Of a stretch of 64,000 bases of DNA, positions 1 to 12,406 are shown one piece after another (position 1 is the stretch's first letter; every line of letters starts with the position of its first letter). Origin of the DNA: an uncultured Gemmatimonadaceae bacterium (GTDB taxonomy: Bacteria; Gemmatimonadota; Gemmatimonadetes; Gemmatimonadales; Gemmatimonadaceae); the NCBI GenBank assembly GCA_963843845.1, contig CAWJMB010000002.1, forward strand, positions 2,656,001 to 2,720,000, in the 5' to 3' direction. A program made the translations under genes and the position numbers. Below the pieces are notes generated by a model. It made no database searches, was not told the DNA's origin, and saw nothing but the letters and a program-made list of their open reading frames with translations.

Positions 1-72
1 CGACGAGATGACGGGGGTCGACCTCGCGAACCTCGCCGCGCCGAACGCCGCGGCGTTCGCCGGGAGCGCAGC

Positions 73-786
73 GTGATGTCCCGATCACTCCACGTGGCGA
101 CGTTCCTCGCCGCGGTCGCGCTGGTGGTCACCCGGCTCGCGGCGCCTGCCGCCGCGCAGGTCGGCACCGTACCCGCACGCAGTCCCTTCGTCGACCTCCC
201 GTCGCGACAGGGTCTCACCCCGTTCGCCGGCTACCTGTTCGCGGCGAGCGACCGAGCCGGCGTCGCGCCGCAGTCCGCGCCGTACTTCGGCGTGCAGTAC
301 GACATCTACCTCGGTGGGCCGGCGTCGTTCACGGCACGGATCGCGTCGGCGGTGGCCGAGCGGAACGTCATCGACCCGGCGCGTCCGACCGCGACGCGGC
401 TGCTCGGCGTCGAGCGCCAGCCGCTCACGATGGCCGACGCGGGGTTCTCGTTCGCGCTGACCGGGCAGAAGAGCTACCGCGGCTTCGTGCCGCTCGTGAA
501 CGGTGGCATCGGCGTCGTGTCGAACTTCAAGGGCGTCGACGCGGGCGGGTTCAACCTCGGCACCCGGTTTGCGTTCTCGTACGGCGGCGGGGTGCGCTAC
601 GTCACGTCGGGCCGCCTGTCGGTACGTGGGGACGTCGTCTGGCATCTGTTCCAGCTTCGCTACCCCGATCGTTACTTCCAGGCCGCCCTCGACAGCACGT
701 CGGTGCTCCCCTCCGGATCGTCGAAGAGCAACTGGCTCAACAGCCCCGCAGTCACGGTCGGCCTCACGTACCAGATTTTCCGCTGA
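73..786 (+). CDS. Outer-membrane beta-barrel protein
   Basis: Signal peptide, alternating aromatic/Gly beta-strands, C-terminal VGLTYQIF. Confidence 0.65.
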   Translation: MMSRSLHVATFLAAVALVVTRLAAPAAAQVGTVPARSPFVDLPSRQGLTPFAGYLFAASDRAGVAPQSAPYFGVQYDIYLGGPASFTARIASAVAERNVIDPARPTATRLLGVERQPLTMADAGFSFALTGQKSYRGFVPLVNGGIGVVSNFKGVDAGGFNLGTRFAFSYGGGVRYVTSGRLSVRGDVVWHLFQLRYPDRYFQAALDSTSVLPSGSSKSNWLNSPAVTVGLTYQIFR

Positions 787-844
787 GCCGACCGATCCAC
801 GCGGCGCCGCCACGAGCGGCGCCGCCTTGCATCGGAGCGGCACG

Positions 845-1364
845 ATGGCGCGCGACTACGAGCAGTTCAGCAACATCGAGGCACTGGACGACGACGAGCT
901 GCGGCAGCTCGTGCGCGACCGCCTCGCTGATCATCCGGACATCGACCTCGACGACATCAGCGTCCACGTCTCCGCCGGGACGGTACGCCTCGAGGGGCGC
1001 GTCGGCACCGAGAGCGAGCTGCGTATCGCCGAGCACATCGTGACCGACGTCGTCGGCGTGACGATCTCGACAACTCGCTCGTCGTCGACGCCATCCGTCG
1101 CGGCGAGGCGCCGCTCGACGTCGAGGCGCACATCGCGGTCGAGCGCGATCAGGCCGGAACGGCGCTCGGAGACCTGCCGCCGCAGGAGTCGGACGAGGCG
1201 TTCGAGGCGCGCGCCGACGCGGATCTCGACGGCGAATGTTCGGCACGACCGACATGCACAACGCGATCGCGCACGGCACGTCGTACACGCCGCCCGACAT
1301 GCCGACGTCCGAAGGCATGCGCGGGTCCGACGCCGGGCCCGGAGAGAGGGGCGAGGACCACTGA
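845..1364 (+). CDS. BON-domain protein (frameshifted)
   Basis: DDDELRQLVRDRL..DISVHVSAGTVRLEGRV..AEHIVTDVVGV is a BON pattern; indel near 1070. Confidence 0.7.
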
Positions 1365-1402
1365 GCTCGGCGCCGGTGAGCGATCCCACCGTCGAGCGCG
1401 CC

Positions 1403-1844
1403 ATGCCTCGCGTCTCGCTCACCCGCCGGCGTGACGTTCGCGGCGGCGCATCGCTATCGCCGCCCCGACTGGAGCGACGACCGCAACGCCGAGACGTTCG
1501 GGCTCTGTGCGCGGCCGAACTATCACGGGCACAGCTATCGCTGCGACGTCACCGTGCAGGCGGAGTCCATCGACGCCGAGACCGGCTTCGTCGTCGACCT
1601 CGGGCTGCTCGATCGCGTGCTGCACGACGAGGTGCGAGCGCGCTTCGACCACGCGAACATCAATCTCGACGTGCCGGAGTTCGCGGACGGCGCGCTGATC
1701 CCGACCGGCGAGAATCTCGCGCGCTTCATCTGCGAGCGCGTTCAGCGCCGCCTCGAGGACGCGCTCGGCTCGCGCGCGCCTCGCGTGGCGGCGCGTCACC
1801 GTCGCCGAGGACGCCACACTCTGAGCGCGACCTACGAACCGTAG
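1403..1844 (+). CDS. queD: 6-carboxytetrahydropterin synthase (frameshifted)
   Basis: FAAAH, C..HGHSY, FDH..N and PTGENLA motifs. Confidence 0.85.
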
Positions 1845-1859
1845 AGTTCGCGCCGAGTA

Positions 1860-3476
1860 GCTTGCCGGGCGCGATCGCGCCCGACACTGCTCTCCTCGCT
1901 TCGCTCGCGCTGTGCTCCCCGCGCTGCGCGACCGCGCCGCGTCTGCCGTCGCCGCCGGCCGTCGCCGCTGCGCCCGACCGGTGCCGAACGCCGGCCCCCG
2001 GCCCGACGTGCCGCCGCGCGTCGATCCCACGTCGCCGGCTGACGCGCCGGCGACGTCGACTCGATGGTGAGCCGAGCCGCAGTGGGCGAACGCGCACTGG
2101 GGGATCCTCATCGTGGATCCGGCGACGCGGCGAGACGCTGTACTCGCACAACGCGGCGAAGCTCTTCCTGCCCGCGTCGAACCAGAAGATCATCACCGGC
2201 GCCGTCGCGCTCGCACAGCTCGGCCCGGATTATCGGTGGCGGACGACGTTCGCGACCCGTGGCCGCGATCGAAGAACGGCACGCTCGACGGCGATCTGCT
2301 CGTGATCGGACGCGGCGATCCGACGGTGAGCGACGCGATGCGCGGCGACGCGCTCGCCCCGCTGCGCGACGTCGCCGACTCGCTCGCCGCGCGCGGCGTG
2401 AGGCGGATCCGAGGGCGTATCGTCGCCGACGGCAACGCCTTTCCCGGACCGATCTACGGCTTCGGCTGGGACTGGGACGACGCGAACTTCGCCTATGGTG
2501 CAGGCGTCGACGAGCTGACGTTCAACGAGGGCTTCACGCGGATCGTCGTGCGCGGCGCGGAGAAGCCGGGGTGGCAGCCGACGTGCGTGGACCGCGCCCG
2601 TGTCGGCCTATCCGCCGCTCCGCGTCGACGTCCGTCACGATCGAGCACGACGACCACGACGGAGGCCGGCCGCGCGTCGAGGCGCGGCAGGACTCGACCA
2701 CCGGCGGCTACGTGCTCACCGGCACGATCGGCGTGAACGACAGCGTCGCGCTGGAACTCGCGTATCCCGACCCCGGGCGCGTCGTACCTCGCCGCGCTGC
2801 GCGAGGCGCTCGCGCTGCGCGGCATCGCCGTCGATCGAGCCGCCGACGCGCGACGCGCGCGCCCGCGCCCGGCCGCGCCGCGGTGGCGACGACGCCGGAC
2901 ACACTGTTCAGCATCCTCTCGCCGCCGCTGCGCGCCGTGCTGCCGCCGCTCGAGAAGCCGTCGCAGAACCAGATCGCGGAACTGCTGTTCCGAACGCTCG
3001 GCTACGTGCGCACCGGCGTCGGGCTCGCGGACAGCGGGCGACGCGTCGTGAACGACCAGCTCCGCGCCTGGGGCGTCACGCCCGAGCGCGACGTCGCCGT
3101 GCGCGACGGCAGCGGCCTGTCGCGCCACGACTACGTGTCACCGAACGCGATCGTCCGCGTGCTCGACGGCGATCCGCGGCGATACGGCGTTCCGCGCGTT
3201 CTACGATGCGCTCCCGATCGGCGGCGTCGACGGCACGATCCGCAACCGCATGAAGGGCACGCTCGCCGAGGGGAACGTGCACGCGAAGACCGGCACGGTC
3301 GACAAGGCGCGTTCGCTCTCCGGCTACGTCACGACAGCGGACGGCGCGCATGCTCGATGTTCAGCTTCCTGTGCAACAACTACACGGTGCCGACGCGCGA
3401 GGTCGAGCGGGTGCAGGACGCGATCGCGGCGCGGCTCGCGTCGTTGGGCGCCGCGACCACGACGTCGAGCCGGTGA
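1860..3476 (+). CDS. dacB: D-alanyl-D-alanine carboxypeptidase/endopeptidase, PBP4 type (several frameshifts, start approximate)
   Basis: PASNQK (SxxK), SQN (SxN), DGSGLSR and AKTGT motifs spread over frames. Confidence 0.85.
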
Positions 3477-4842
3477 GTCCCGGCGCTCGGCGCCTCGCGC
3501 GCGCTGACGTGCCCGCCGGTCCGCTCTCGTTCGACGACGCGCTCGCGGCGGTGCTCGCCGGCGCCGAGCCGTCGGCGCGACGAGCGCGTGCGCGCTCCGC
3601 GCCGCGCTCGGCCGGGCGCTCGCGGAGCCGACGTCGCGTCGCCGGTCGATCTGCCGCCGTGGGACAACGCGGCGATGGACGGCTACGCGGTGCGCGCCGC
3701 GGACGTCCGCGGCGCGTCGCGTGAGCGCCCGGTCGTGCTCCGCGTCGTCGGCGAGGTCGCCGCCGGCGGAGACGCGCGTGCCATCGACGTTAGGCAGCGG
3801 CGACGCGGTGCGCATCTCGACCGGAGCGCCGGTCCCCGAGACGCGGACAGCCGTCGTCCGCGTCGAGGACACGGTGAGCGCCGGCGACGCAGAGGCGTCG
3901 ACGAGCGACGGGCGGGTCGCCGTCGTCGACGACCGCGACGTCCGTGGTGCGACGGCAGTGCAGCGGCACGTCCGCCCGCGCGGCGAGGACGTGCCCGCCG
4001 GGACGACCGTGCTCGAGGCGGGCACGACGATCACCGCCGCCGACGCCGGGGTCCTCGCCAGCGTCGGCGCCGCCCAGGTGCATGTCGTTCGACGCCCGCG
4101 CCTGGCGCTCGTCAGCTCCGGCGACGAGCTGGTCGACGTCGATGCCTTCGACGAAGTGTTGGGCGGACGCAGGATCGTCTCGTCGAACGGCTACACGCTC
4201 GCCGCGCAGGCGACGCTCGCCGGCGCCGAGGTTCGCGACCTCGGGGCGACGCCCGACGACCGTGACGTGCTGCGCGACCGGCTCGCCGCCGCGCTGAACG
4301 ACGCGCGAGGCTGCGACGTGCTGGTGACGTCCGGCGGCGTCTCGGTCGGCGCCCACGACCACACGCGCGATGCGCTCACCGACCTCGGTCTCACGCTCGC
4401 CTTCTGGCGGGTCCGCATCCGACCCGGAGGGCCATTCGGCTTCGGAACGCTGCGCGACGCGAGCGGGCGAATCGTGCGATGGTTGGGCATTCCAGGCAAC
4501 CCGGTGTCGGCGATGGTGACGATGGAGCTGTTCGGCCGACCGCTGCTGCGCCGACTCGGAGGTCACGCGCGCGTCCATCGGCGGCGCGTGTCCGTGCGCG
4601 TGCTCGATCCGATCCGCACGCCGGCGCCACTGACGCACTTCCTCCGTGCGTCGCTCGACGTCGACGCGTCCGGCCAGCTCGTCGCGCGGCTCACCGGCGC
4701 GCAGGGCTCGAACCTGCTGACGTCGATGGCCCGCGCCGACGCGTTGCTCGTCATTCCCGAGGATGTGGCCGAGCTGCCGGCCCAGTCGACCGTCTCCGCG
4801 ATCCTGCTCGGCGAAGGCGCACTCGATGCCGCGTCGCCGTGA
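3473..4842 (+). CDS. moeA: Molybdopterin molybdotransferase (frameshifted)
   Basis: PPWDNAAMDGYA, ISTGAPVP, SSGDEL, TSGGVSVG, GIPGNPVSA. Confidence 0.9.
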
Positions 4843-5528
4843 CGCTCGACGGGGCCGCGCTCGCTGCGATCGACGCGCTGGACGCTGACCTGCGACGTCG
4901 CTTCGACGTCGTCGAGAGCGACGTCGACGTCGGAGAGACCACGTTCCGGATCCTGCGCCCCCGCAGCGCCGAGGCACTCATCAGCGAAGCGGACTTCGAC
5001 CGCGACGAGCGGCTGCCGTACTGGGCCGACGTGTGGCCCTCGTCCGTCGTGCTCGCAGAGCGACTGTCAGGCACCCGCGGCGCTGGCCGCACGCTCCTCG
5101 AGCTCGGGTGCGGCGTCGGCGTCGTCGCGCTCGCCGCGGCGCGGGTTGGGTACGACGTCACCGTGAGCGACTACTACGAGGACGCGACCGCGTTCGCGCG
5201 GCTGAACCTCGGACGTGCCGGTCATGTCGCCACGGCGTGTACGCTCGACTGGCGCCAGCTTCCCGACGATCTGCCGACCTACGACGTCGTCGTCGCGTCC
5301 GACGTCCTCTACGAGCGTCCGTACGCCGAGCTCGTGGCGCGAGTGCTGGATCGGGCGCTCGCGCCGCACGGCGTGGCATTCGTCGCCGATCCGGGGCGCG
5401 TCGCCGCCCCCGCATTCGTCGACGCGGCGCGCGCCCTCGGGCTGACGGTCGCGGCGCCAGACGTGATGCCGATCGACGTCGCAGGCATCACTCAGCGCAT
5501 CGCCGTCTACACCCTCGCGCCGTCCTGA
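4839..5528 (+). CDS. Class I SAM-dependent methyltransferase (putative protein-lysine MTase family)
   Basis: PYWADVWPSS, LELGCGVG, ASDVLYE. Confidence 0.8.
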   Translation: MTLDGAALAAIDALDADLRRRFDVVESDVDVGETTFRILRPRSAEALISEADFDRDERLPYWADVWPSSVVLAERLSGTRGAGRTLLELGCGVGVVALAAARVGYDVTVSDYYEDATAFARLNLGRAGHVATACTLDWRQLPDDLPTYDVVVASDVLYERPYAELVARVLDRALAPHGVAFVADPGRVAAPAFVDAARALGLTVAAPDVMPIDVAGITQRIAVYTLAPS

Positions 5529-5538
5529 GCGCGACGCG

Positions 5539-7635
5539 TCACGCGCTCGCCACTTCCGTCGGCGCGAGCCGCGACGCGACGACCTCGCTGATGTCGAGGA
5601 CCGGCACGTCGGACCCCTTCGCCGTCACGCCGTCGGTCATCATCGTCATGCAGAACGGGCACGCGACGGCGATCGTCTCGGCGCCCGTCGCGAGCAACTC
5701 CTCGGTCCGCTCGACGTTGATGCGCTTGCCGGCCGTCTCCTCCATCCACATCCGGCCGCCGCCCGCCCCGCAACACAGCCCGCGCGACTTCGTCCGCTTC
5801 GGCTCGACGAGTGTCACGACGGGGAGCGCGCGCCGAAGCGTCTCACGCGGCGCGTCGTAGATGTCGTTGTAGCGTCCGAGGTAGCACGAGTCGTGATACG
5901 CCACCGTGAGGCGCTCGGTATCCTCGTCGCGCAGCGGGATGCGCTCCTGCGTCAGCAGCCGGTCGATGTACGTCGTGTGGTGAATGACCTCGTAGTTGCC
6001 GCCGAGCTGCGGGAACTCGTTGCCGATCTGGTGAAAGCAGTGCGGACAGAACGTGACGACCGTCTTGACCTCGTAGCGGTCGAGCGTCTCGATCGTGCCC
6101 TTGGCGAGCATCTGGTACAGATACTCGTTCCCCATGCGCCGAGCGGGGTCGCCGTTGCAGGTCTCCTCCTGACCGAGGATCGCGAAGTTCACGTTCGCCG
6201 CCTTGAGGATGCGCGCGAACGCGACCGTGATCTTCTTCGCGCGGTCGTCGAACGAGCCCATGCATCCGACCCAGAACAGGATCTCCGGCCGCTCGCCGCG
6301 CTCGAACGCTTCCGCCATCGTCGGGATGTCGAGCCCCTCGGCCCACTCTTCACGCGCCGAGGCGCTGAACGCCCACGGGCTGCCGTTGCGCTCCATCGAC
6401 GTGAACGCCGGCTGTAGCTCCTCGGGAAAGCGCGACTCGGTCAGCACGAGCTCGCGGCGCAGCTCGTTGATGATGTCGAGCTGGTCGATCGACACCGGGC
6501 ACTCCTGCACGCACGCGCGGCAGCTCGTGCACGCCCACAACTCCTCTTCGGTGATGTAGTTGTCGAGCAGCCGGTTCTCCATCACCGCCGTGAGCGTCTG
6601 GCTCCCGGCGTCGCCCCCTTCGCCCTGCACGAGCTGCGGCTTGCGCGCCTCGCCGAGGTCGCCGACCACGAGCGGCGCCTTCTCCATCAGCCGCTGCCGC
6701 GTGTTCACCATGATCTTGCGGGGCGACAGCACCTTGCCGGTGATGTTCGCCGGGCAGGCCGCCGTGCAGCGTCCGCACTCGGTGCACGAGTAGCCGTCGA
6801 GCAGATTCTTCCACGTCAGGTGCTCGACGTCGCTCGCGCCGAACTGCTCTGCGTTCTCGTCCTCGAGGTCCATCGGCCGCATCACCTTCGGCCACGTCTC
6901 GCCGCTCGTGTTCGAGAGGTAGACGTTCGGCAGCGACACGAGCACATGCAGGTGCTTCGAGTACGGCAGGTAGTTCAGGAAGCCGAGGATCAGAATCGCG
7001 TGCGCCCACCAGCTCACGTCGTGCACGGTGCGCGCGGTCGACGCCGACATGCCGCCCAACGCGACGCCGAGCCCGCGCGACAGCAGGCGCGCTCCGTTGA
7101 CCGCCTCAGGATCGTAGATCGACTCGGTGGCGCCGTTCAGCAGCAGCGTGAGCATGAGCAGCGCGATCACGTTCAGGATCACGACCGCTTCCCACGTGTG
7201 CACGTCGTCGCCCTGCAGCCGGCGCGGCTTGATGACCAGCCGCCGGTAGATGAGCCACGACACCGCGCCCAACACGAGCAGCGCGAAGAGCTCCTGGGAG
7301 AGCCCGTACAGCCCGTAGATCGGCGACGGCAGCAGCCACTCGTAGGTGAAGCCGGTGACCACGCCCTGGATCAGGATCTCGAGCGTCCCGATCGTCAGCA
7401 CGCAGAAGCCCCAGAACACCGACGCGTGCATCACGCCCGCGGTCGGGTCGCGCAGAATCTTCGTCTGCGCGAACCCGATCGTGAGCAGATTCCACAGGCG
7501 CTCCGCGGGATGATCGCCGCGGGGGTCGGGTTTACCGACCACGGTCATGTAGCGATACAGCCGCTGCGCGTTGTACGCGAAGAACGCCGCCGCGAGGACG
7601 AGGACGCCGAGGAAGACGACGTTCGTGATCGTCAC
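5539..7635 (-). CDS. Membrane Fe-S oxidoreductase, FadF/heterodisulfide-reductase-like
   Basis: N-terminal TM helices, two CxxCxxCxxxCP motifs, CCG domains; downstream of etfBA. Confidence 0.85.
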   Translation of the reverse strand: MTITNVVFLGVLVLAAAFFAYNAQRLYRYMTVVGKPDPRGDHPAERLWNLLTIGFAQTKILRDPTAGVMHASVFWGFCVLTIGTLEILIQGVVTGFTYEWLLPSPIYGLYGLSQELFALLVLGAVSWLIYRRLVIKPRRLQGDDVHTWEAVVILNVIALLMLTLLLNGATESIYDPEAVNGARLLSRGLGVALGGMSASTARTVHDVSWWAHAILILGFLNYLPYSKHLHVLVSLPNVYLSNTSGETWPKVMRPMDLEDENAEQFGASDVEHLTWKNLLDGYSCTECGRCTAACPANITGKVLSPRKIMVNTRQRLMEKAPLVVGDLGEARKPQLVQGEGGDAGSQTLTAVMENRLLDNYITEEELWACTSCRACVQECPVSIDQLDIINELRRELVLTESRFPEELQPAFTSMERNGSPWAFSASAREEWAEGLDIPTMAEAFERGERPEILFWVGCMGSFDDRAKKITVAFARILKAANVNFAILGQEETCNGDPARRMGNEYLYQMLAKGTIETLDRYEVKTVVTFCPHCFHQIGNEFPQLGGNYEVIHHTTYIDRLLTQERIPLRDEDTERLTVAYHDSCYLGRYNDIYDAPRETLRRALPVVTLVEPKRTKSRGLCCGAGGGRMWMEETAGKRINVERTEELLATGAETIAVACPFCMTMMTDGVTAKGSDVPVLDISEVVASRLAPTEVASA

Positions 7636-8618
7636 GACTGCTTCGCCGCTTTGACGGCCTGCGTGAGGGCCGGCACGATCTCCATCACGTCGCCGACGAC
7701 GCCGTAGTCCGCGACCTTGAAGATCGGTGCGTCCTTGTCCTTGTTGATCGCGACGATCGTCTTCGATGTGCGCATGCCGGCGAGGTGCTGGATCGCGCCC
7801 GAGATGCCGACCGCGATGTAGAGCGTCGGGCTCACGACGCGGCCGGTCTGCCCGATCTGCTCCGAATGCGGGCGCCACCCTTCGTCGGTCACCGCGCGCG
7901 TCGCGCCGACGGCCGCGTTGCCGAACGCGTCGGCCAGCTCCTCGACGAGCTTGAAGTTGTCGGCCGACTTGAGCCCGCGCCCTCCGGAGACGATCGTCGC
8001 CGCCTCGCCGAGGTCGAGCTTGCCCTTGCTCCCCTCGCGCAGCTCGACGGTGCGCGCCTTGGACTGCGCCGGGTCGCCGACCAGCGCGACGCTCTCCGTG
8101 CGTCCGCCCTTCGCACTCGGCACGATCGTGATCGCGCCCAGCCGCACCGACACGAGCGCGGGCGACGCGCCGATCGACAGCGTCCCGTTCACCTTCCCCG
8201 TGTACATCGGATGCTTCACGACGATCGCGTCCCCGTCGACGCCGACCGACGTCGCATCGGCCGCGAGCGGCGCGCGCAGCCTGGCGGCGACGCGCGGGGC
8301 GAGATCCTTTCCCTGCGCCGTCGCGCTGAACACGGCCGCGCGATAGCCGCCACTCGTGATGCGTTCCGCCACCGTACGCGTCGTCGACTCGGCGTCGTAG
8401 TGGGTCAGGCCGGCGTGCTCGACGACGAGCACGAGGTCGGCGCCGACCTCCGCCAGCTTCGAGACGACGGAGCCGACGCCAGGCGCGCCGACGACCATCG
8501 CGTGCACCTCGCCGCCGCCGCCCGCGTCGGCGAGCTGACGCGCCGCCGTGACGGCCTCGAGTCCGGCCTTGCGCAGCTCACCGCCGCGCGTCTCCGCGAA
8601 TGCGAACACGTTCGCCAT
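7632..8618 (-). CDS. etfA: Electron transfer flavoprotein alpha subunit
   Basis: [23 protein letters not shown]. Confidence 0.95.
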   Translation of the reverse strand: MANVFAFAETRGGELRKAGLEAVTAARQLADAGGGGEVHAMVVGAPGVGSVVSKLAEVGADLVLVVEHAGLTHYDAESTTRTVAERITSGGYRAAVFSATAQGKDLAPRVAARLRAPLAADATSVGVDGDAIVVKHPMYTGKVNGTLSIGASPALVSVRLGAITIVPSAKGGRTESVALVGDPAQSKARTVELREGSKGKLDLGEAATIVSGGRGLKSADNFKLVEELADAFGNAAVGATRAVTDEGWRPHSEQIGQTGRVVSPTLYIAVGISGAIQHLAGMRTSKTIVAINKDKDAPIFKVADYGVVGDVMEIVPALTQAVKAAKQS

Positions 8619-9370
8619 CACAGCACCTTCGCTTCGTTTTGGAGGAGACGCACGAGCTCCGGCACCGCCGCCGCGCCCTCGCCGACGATGCGGCCGGCCG
8701 CGCGCTCCGCGGGGAGCTCCATCTTCGACACCGTGACGCCGGCCGTGCCTAACGCGGCCGGCCTCGTCTCGATCGGCTTCTTCTTCGCCGCCATGATCCC
8801 CTTCAGCGACGGGAGCCGTTCCTTGTTCAACCCTTCGTCGACCGTGATGACCGCGGGGAGCGAGAACTCGACGACTTCGACGCCGCCCTCGACCGCGCGC
8901 TCGGCGCGCCCGCGTCCGTTCGCGATCTCGAGCTTCGAGACGCCGCTCACGCACGCGACGTCGAGCAGTTCGCCGAGCATCGGCCCGACGGTCTGCGCGT
9001 CGGAGTCGATCGCCTTCTTGCCGAGGAAGATCACGTCGTAGCCGCCCCCCTTCAGCTCCGCGGCGAGCGCGTCGGCGATGGCGAGTCCGTCAGTCGGCAC
9101 CTTGTCCGCCTTCAACAGCACCGCCTTGTCGGCGCCCATCGACAGCGCTTTGCGGATCTGCTCCTGCGCCGCGTCGGTGCCGACCGAGACGACGGTGACC
9201 TCGCCCCCCGGATTCTTCTCGTTGAGCTGCAGGGCGGCTTCCACCGCCCACAGATCGAAGTCGTTCACGTCGTACTTCAGGCCGGTCTCGTCGACGCTCG
9301 CGCCGTCCTTCCCGATCGCGAACTTGACCTCCATCACCGGCACGCGCTTGATGCACACGGCAATCTTCAC
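8618..9370 (-). CDS. etfB: Electron transfer flavoprotein beta subunit
   Basis: KIAVCIKRVP, ALSMGAD, RLPSLKGIMAAKKK. Confidence 0.95.
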   Translation of the reverse strand: MKIAVCIKRVPVMEVKFAIGKDGASVDETGLKYDVNDFDLWAVEAALQLNEKNPGGEVTVVSVGTDAAQEQIRKALSMGADKAVLLKADKVPTDGLAIADALAAELKGGGYDVIFLGKKAIDSDAQTVGPMLGELLDVACVSGVSKLEIANGRGRAERAVEGGVEVVEFSLPAVITVDEGLNKERLPSLKGIMAAKKKPIETRPAALGTAGVTVSKMELPAERAAGRIVGEGAAAVPELVRLLQNEAKVL

Positions 9371-9456
9371 CGCGCAGCCTCCCTGTTAGGCGGAATTCGT
9401 GGATAGCGGGGGAAAGGTCGCCCGCCGCCGAACGGTGTTCAACCCTGCGGGTCGTC

Positions 9457-10689
9457 TTACTTGAAGGCGTTGAGTCCGGTGATCGCCTGTCCGAGCACCA
9501 GCGAGTGCACGTCGTGCGTTCCCTCGTAGGTATAGACGCTCTCGAGGTTCGCCATGTGCCGCATCGAGGCGTATTCCGCGAGAATGCCGTTGCCGCCGAG
9601 GAGCCGCCTCGCCTCGCGGGCGATGTCGGTCGCGATGTGCACGTTGTTCCGCTTCGCGAGCGAGACCATCGTCGGCGTGAACGTGCCGAGATCCTTGCAC
9701 CGCCCGAGGTGCAGCGAGACGAGCTGCCCCTTCGTGATCTCGGTCAGCATCTCGGCGAGCCGCACCTGCTGGATCTGGAAGCCGCCGATCGGCCGGTCGA
9801 ACATGACGCGCGTCTTGGCGTAGCTCGTCGCCTCCTCGAAGCACGCGATCGCGGCGCCTAACGCGCCCCACGAGATGCCGTAGCGCGCCTGCGTGAGGCA
9901 CATGAGCGGCGACTTGAGTCCCCCGAGTCGGGCAGGATGCGCGTCGGCCGGCAGGTGCACGTCCTGGAGCACCAGCTCCGACGTGTCGCGACGCGCGGAG
10001 CGACAGCTTCCCCTTCTGGTCGCGCGCCTGGAATCCCGGCGCGTCGGTCGGCACGACGAAGCCGCGGATCGACTTGCCGCTCGTCGTCGCCGTCCTCGGT
10101 CTTCGCCCACACGATCGCGACCTGCGCCGTCGAGCCGTTCGTGATCCACATCTTCGCGCCGTTCAGGATCCAGCAGCCGTCAGCCTGCCGCCGCGCGCGC
10201 GTGATCATGCCGGCCGGGTTCGAGCCGTAGTCCGGCTCGGTGAGCCCGAAGCAGCCGATGATCTCGCCGGTCGCCATCTTCGGCAGCCAGTGCCGCTTCT
10301 GCTCCTCGCTGCCGAACGCATAGATCGGGTACATCGACGAGCGCGCCCTGCACCGACGCGAACGAGCGGATTCCCGAGTCGCCGCGCTCGAGCTCCTGCA
10401 TGATGAGTCCGTAGGCGACGTTGTTCAGCCCCGCGCAGCCGTACTCCTCCGGCAGGTTCGCGCCGAACACGCCGAGCTCTCCCATCTCCGGGATCAGCTC
10501 CTTCGGGAAGCGCCCGTCGACGTACGCCGTGCCGATGATCGGCAGCACCTTCTCGTCGACGAACCGGCGCACGGAGTCGCGGACGGCGCGCTCCTCCTCG
10601 GTCAGCGCGGCGTCGATGTTGAACAGATCTCCCTCGCGCGGCGTGATCTGCGGCGACGGGAGATAGGACTCGGCGAGGTCGGTGGCCAT
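9457..10689 (-). CDS. Acyl-CoA dehydrogenase, glutaryl-CoA dehydrogenase-like (frameshifted)
   Basis: GCFGLTEPDYGS, LGGNGI, YTYEGTHDVH. Confidence 0.9.
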
Positions 10690-10735
10690 GATGAGATTCC
10701 GGTGAGCGGTCGCCCCGCGGGGGTCGCCGGCGGGA

Positions 10736-11560
10736 TCACTCGGAATCTAAGCGCGCCGCACGCAGTCCGATCGCCTGCGACGCCGCGTGCGGCGCCGCTC
10801 CCGCACGGCCGCGGCGCGGCAACACGTGCCGCCGCGCGGACGCGATGATGCCGACCTCGCGCGCCTTGCGCCGGAACGTCGCGCCGTGGTCGATCGCGTG
10901 TCCGGTCTCGTCCTGCCACTGGTGCACCATCTCGTGCAGCAGCGTGTGGAGCGCCTCCTCCCACCCGTGTCGCCGGAGGTGGTCGCGGCCGATCACGATC
11001 TCGGCGACGTCGCCGGTCGGCGAGGCCGCCATGTAATGACCGAGTCGCGTCCGCATGCGGCCGGACAGGCGGATCGGGACCGCCCGCAGGCGGCCCCCGA
11101 AGTGCCGCCGGTTGTACTCCGAATGGAACCGCTCGAGCTGGGCGATCGTCGGCGCGTCGTCGGCGCGCACCCGCTCACGTCGGCGCGTCGGCGCCGTCGG
11201 TCGCACGATCTGGTGCGCGAGGATCGCCGCCCGCGCGCGCTGTCGCTCGGCGCGCGTCCGGCCGCACACGAATCGCACGATCGCCCGCAGCACGACTTCG
11301 GGCGCGTCGACGTACCCCTCGTGCACGCGCAGCTCGCCGCCGCTGAAGCTGACCATCACGGCGCGGTTGCGCGTGAGGCGCACGCGGTCGATGCCGGTGA
11401 GCCCGAGGGCGCGAAGCCGGGCCTCGAACGCCCGGGACTCGGGGCTCGGGAGCCGGTCGTCCCGCACACCCCGCGCCTCCAGCTCCGCGTCCCGGCCGCG
11501 CACGTGACGACCTTCGAGATCGAGCGCCAACTGCTGCACGGACTCGGAGACGCGCCGCAC
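10736..11560 (-). CDS. SprT-like zinc metalloprotease domain protein
   Basis: LLHEMVHQW (HExxH), HGATF, LSGRMRTRLG. Confidence 0.75.
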   Translation of the reverse strand: MRRVSESVQQLALDLEGRHVRGRDAELEARGVRDDRLPSPESRAFEARLRALGLTGIDRVRLTRNRAVMVSFSGGELRVHEGYVDAPEVVLRAIVRFVCGRTRAERQRARAAILAHQIVRPTAPTRRRERVRADDAPTIAQLERFHSEYNRRHFGGRLRAVPIRLSGRMRTRLGHYMAASPTGDVAEIVIGRDHLRRHGWEEALHTLLHEMVHQWQDETGHAIDHGATFRRKAREVGIIASARRHVLPRRGRAGAAPHAASQAIGLRAARLDSE

Positions 11561-11568
11561 CCAGTCCC

Positions 11569-12390
11569 CTACCGCCCGAAGCACTTGTGCGGCCCCGGCT
11601 CGAAGGCGCCCCGCTCCGACGACCAGACGTGCGTCGTCACGTCGATCGCCGAATCGCTGATCTCGATGACGTTCATCGACGACGGGCGGCCGCCGCGCGA
11701 CCGATTCGACACGGTGCCCGCCGTGGCGACGATCGTGCCCTTCTTCGTGTGGGCGATGTAGTTGACCGCCTCCTGGTGGTCGTGTCCGCAGCAGAACGAG
11801 ATCGACACCGATCTCCGCGAACGCGCCGAGGATACGCGGCGTGTGCTTCAGGCCGTGACGCTGCGACAGCTCCCCTTCACCGGGTTGTGGTGCATGACGA
11901 TGACGCGCGCGTCGCCCGCCGGCGACGCCTCGAACGCCTCGCGCGCCGCCTCGATCTGCCGCTTCCGCAGGTGCCCGATGATCGAGATGTCGCGGACGTT
12001 CCACGTCAGCGTCTGCGCCCGCACTCCCTGCGCGGTGTTGAGCCCGACGAACGTCGCGCCGGGCACGTGCAACACCGGCTCGAGGTCCGCGTCCACGTAC
12101 GTGCGGTAGCTCGCGTACACGGCGGCGTCGTCGCCGAGGCCCAACGGCGCCTTCCACCACATCACGTCGTGGTTTCCCGGCACGACGATCGTCCGGCTCA
12201 CCCGCCTCGCGTCGCGCAGGAACGCCTTGGCGCGCTGGAACTCGCCGGCCCGCGCGCGCTGCGAGAGATCGCCGGAGATCGCGACGACGTCGTAGCGCCG
12301 AGACTGGATCGCCTCCTCGATCGCGTCGATCTGCTCCGGGACGGCGGGGCGCCCGAAGTGCAGATCGGAAACGTGAAGCACCGACGTCAC
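11569..12390 (-). CDS. Metallophosphoesterase (frameshifted)
   Basis: SDLHFG, SGDL, PGNHD, MHHNP, GHDH. Confidence 0.85.
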
Positions 12391-12406
12391 GCGACGACCC
12401 GTCCGC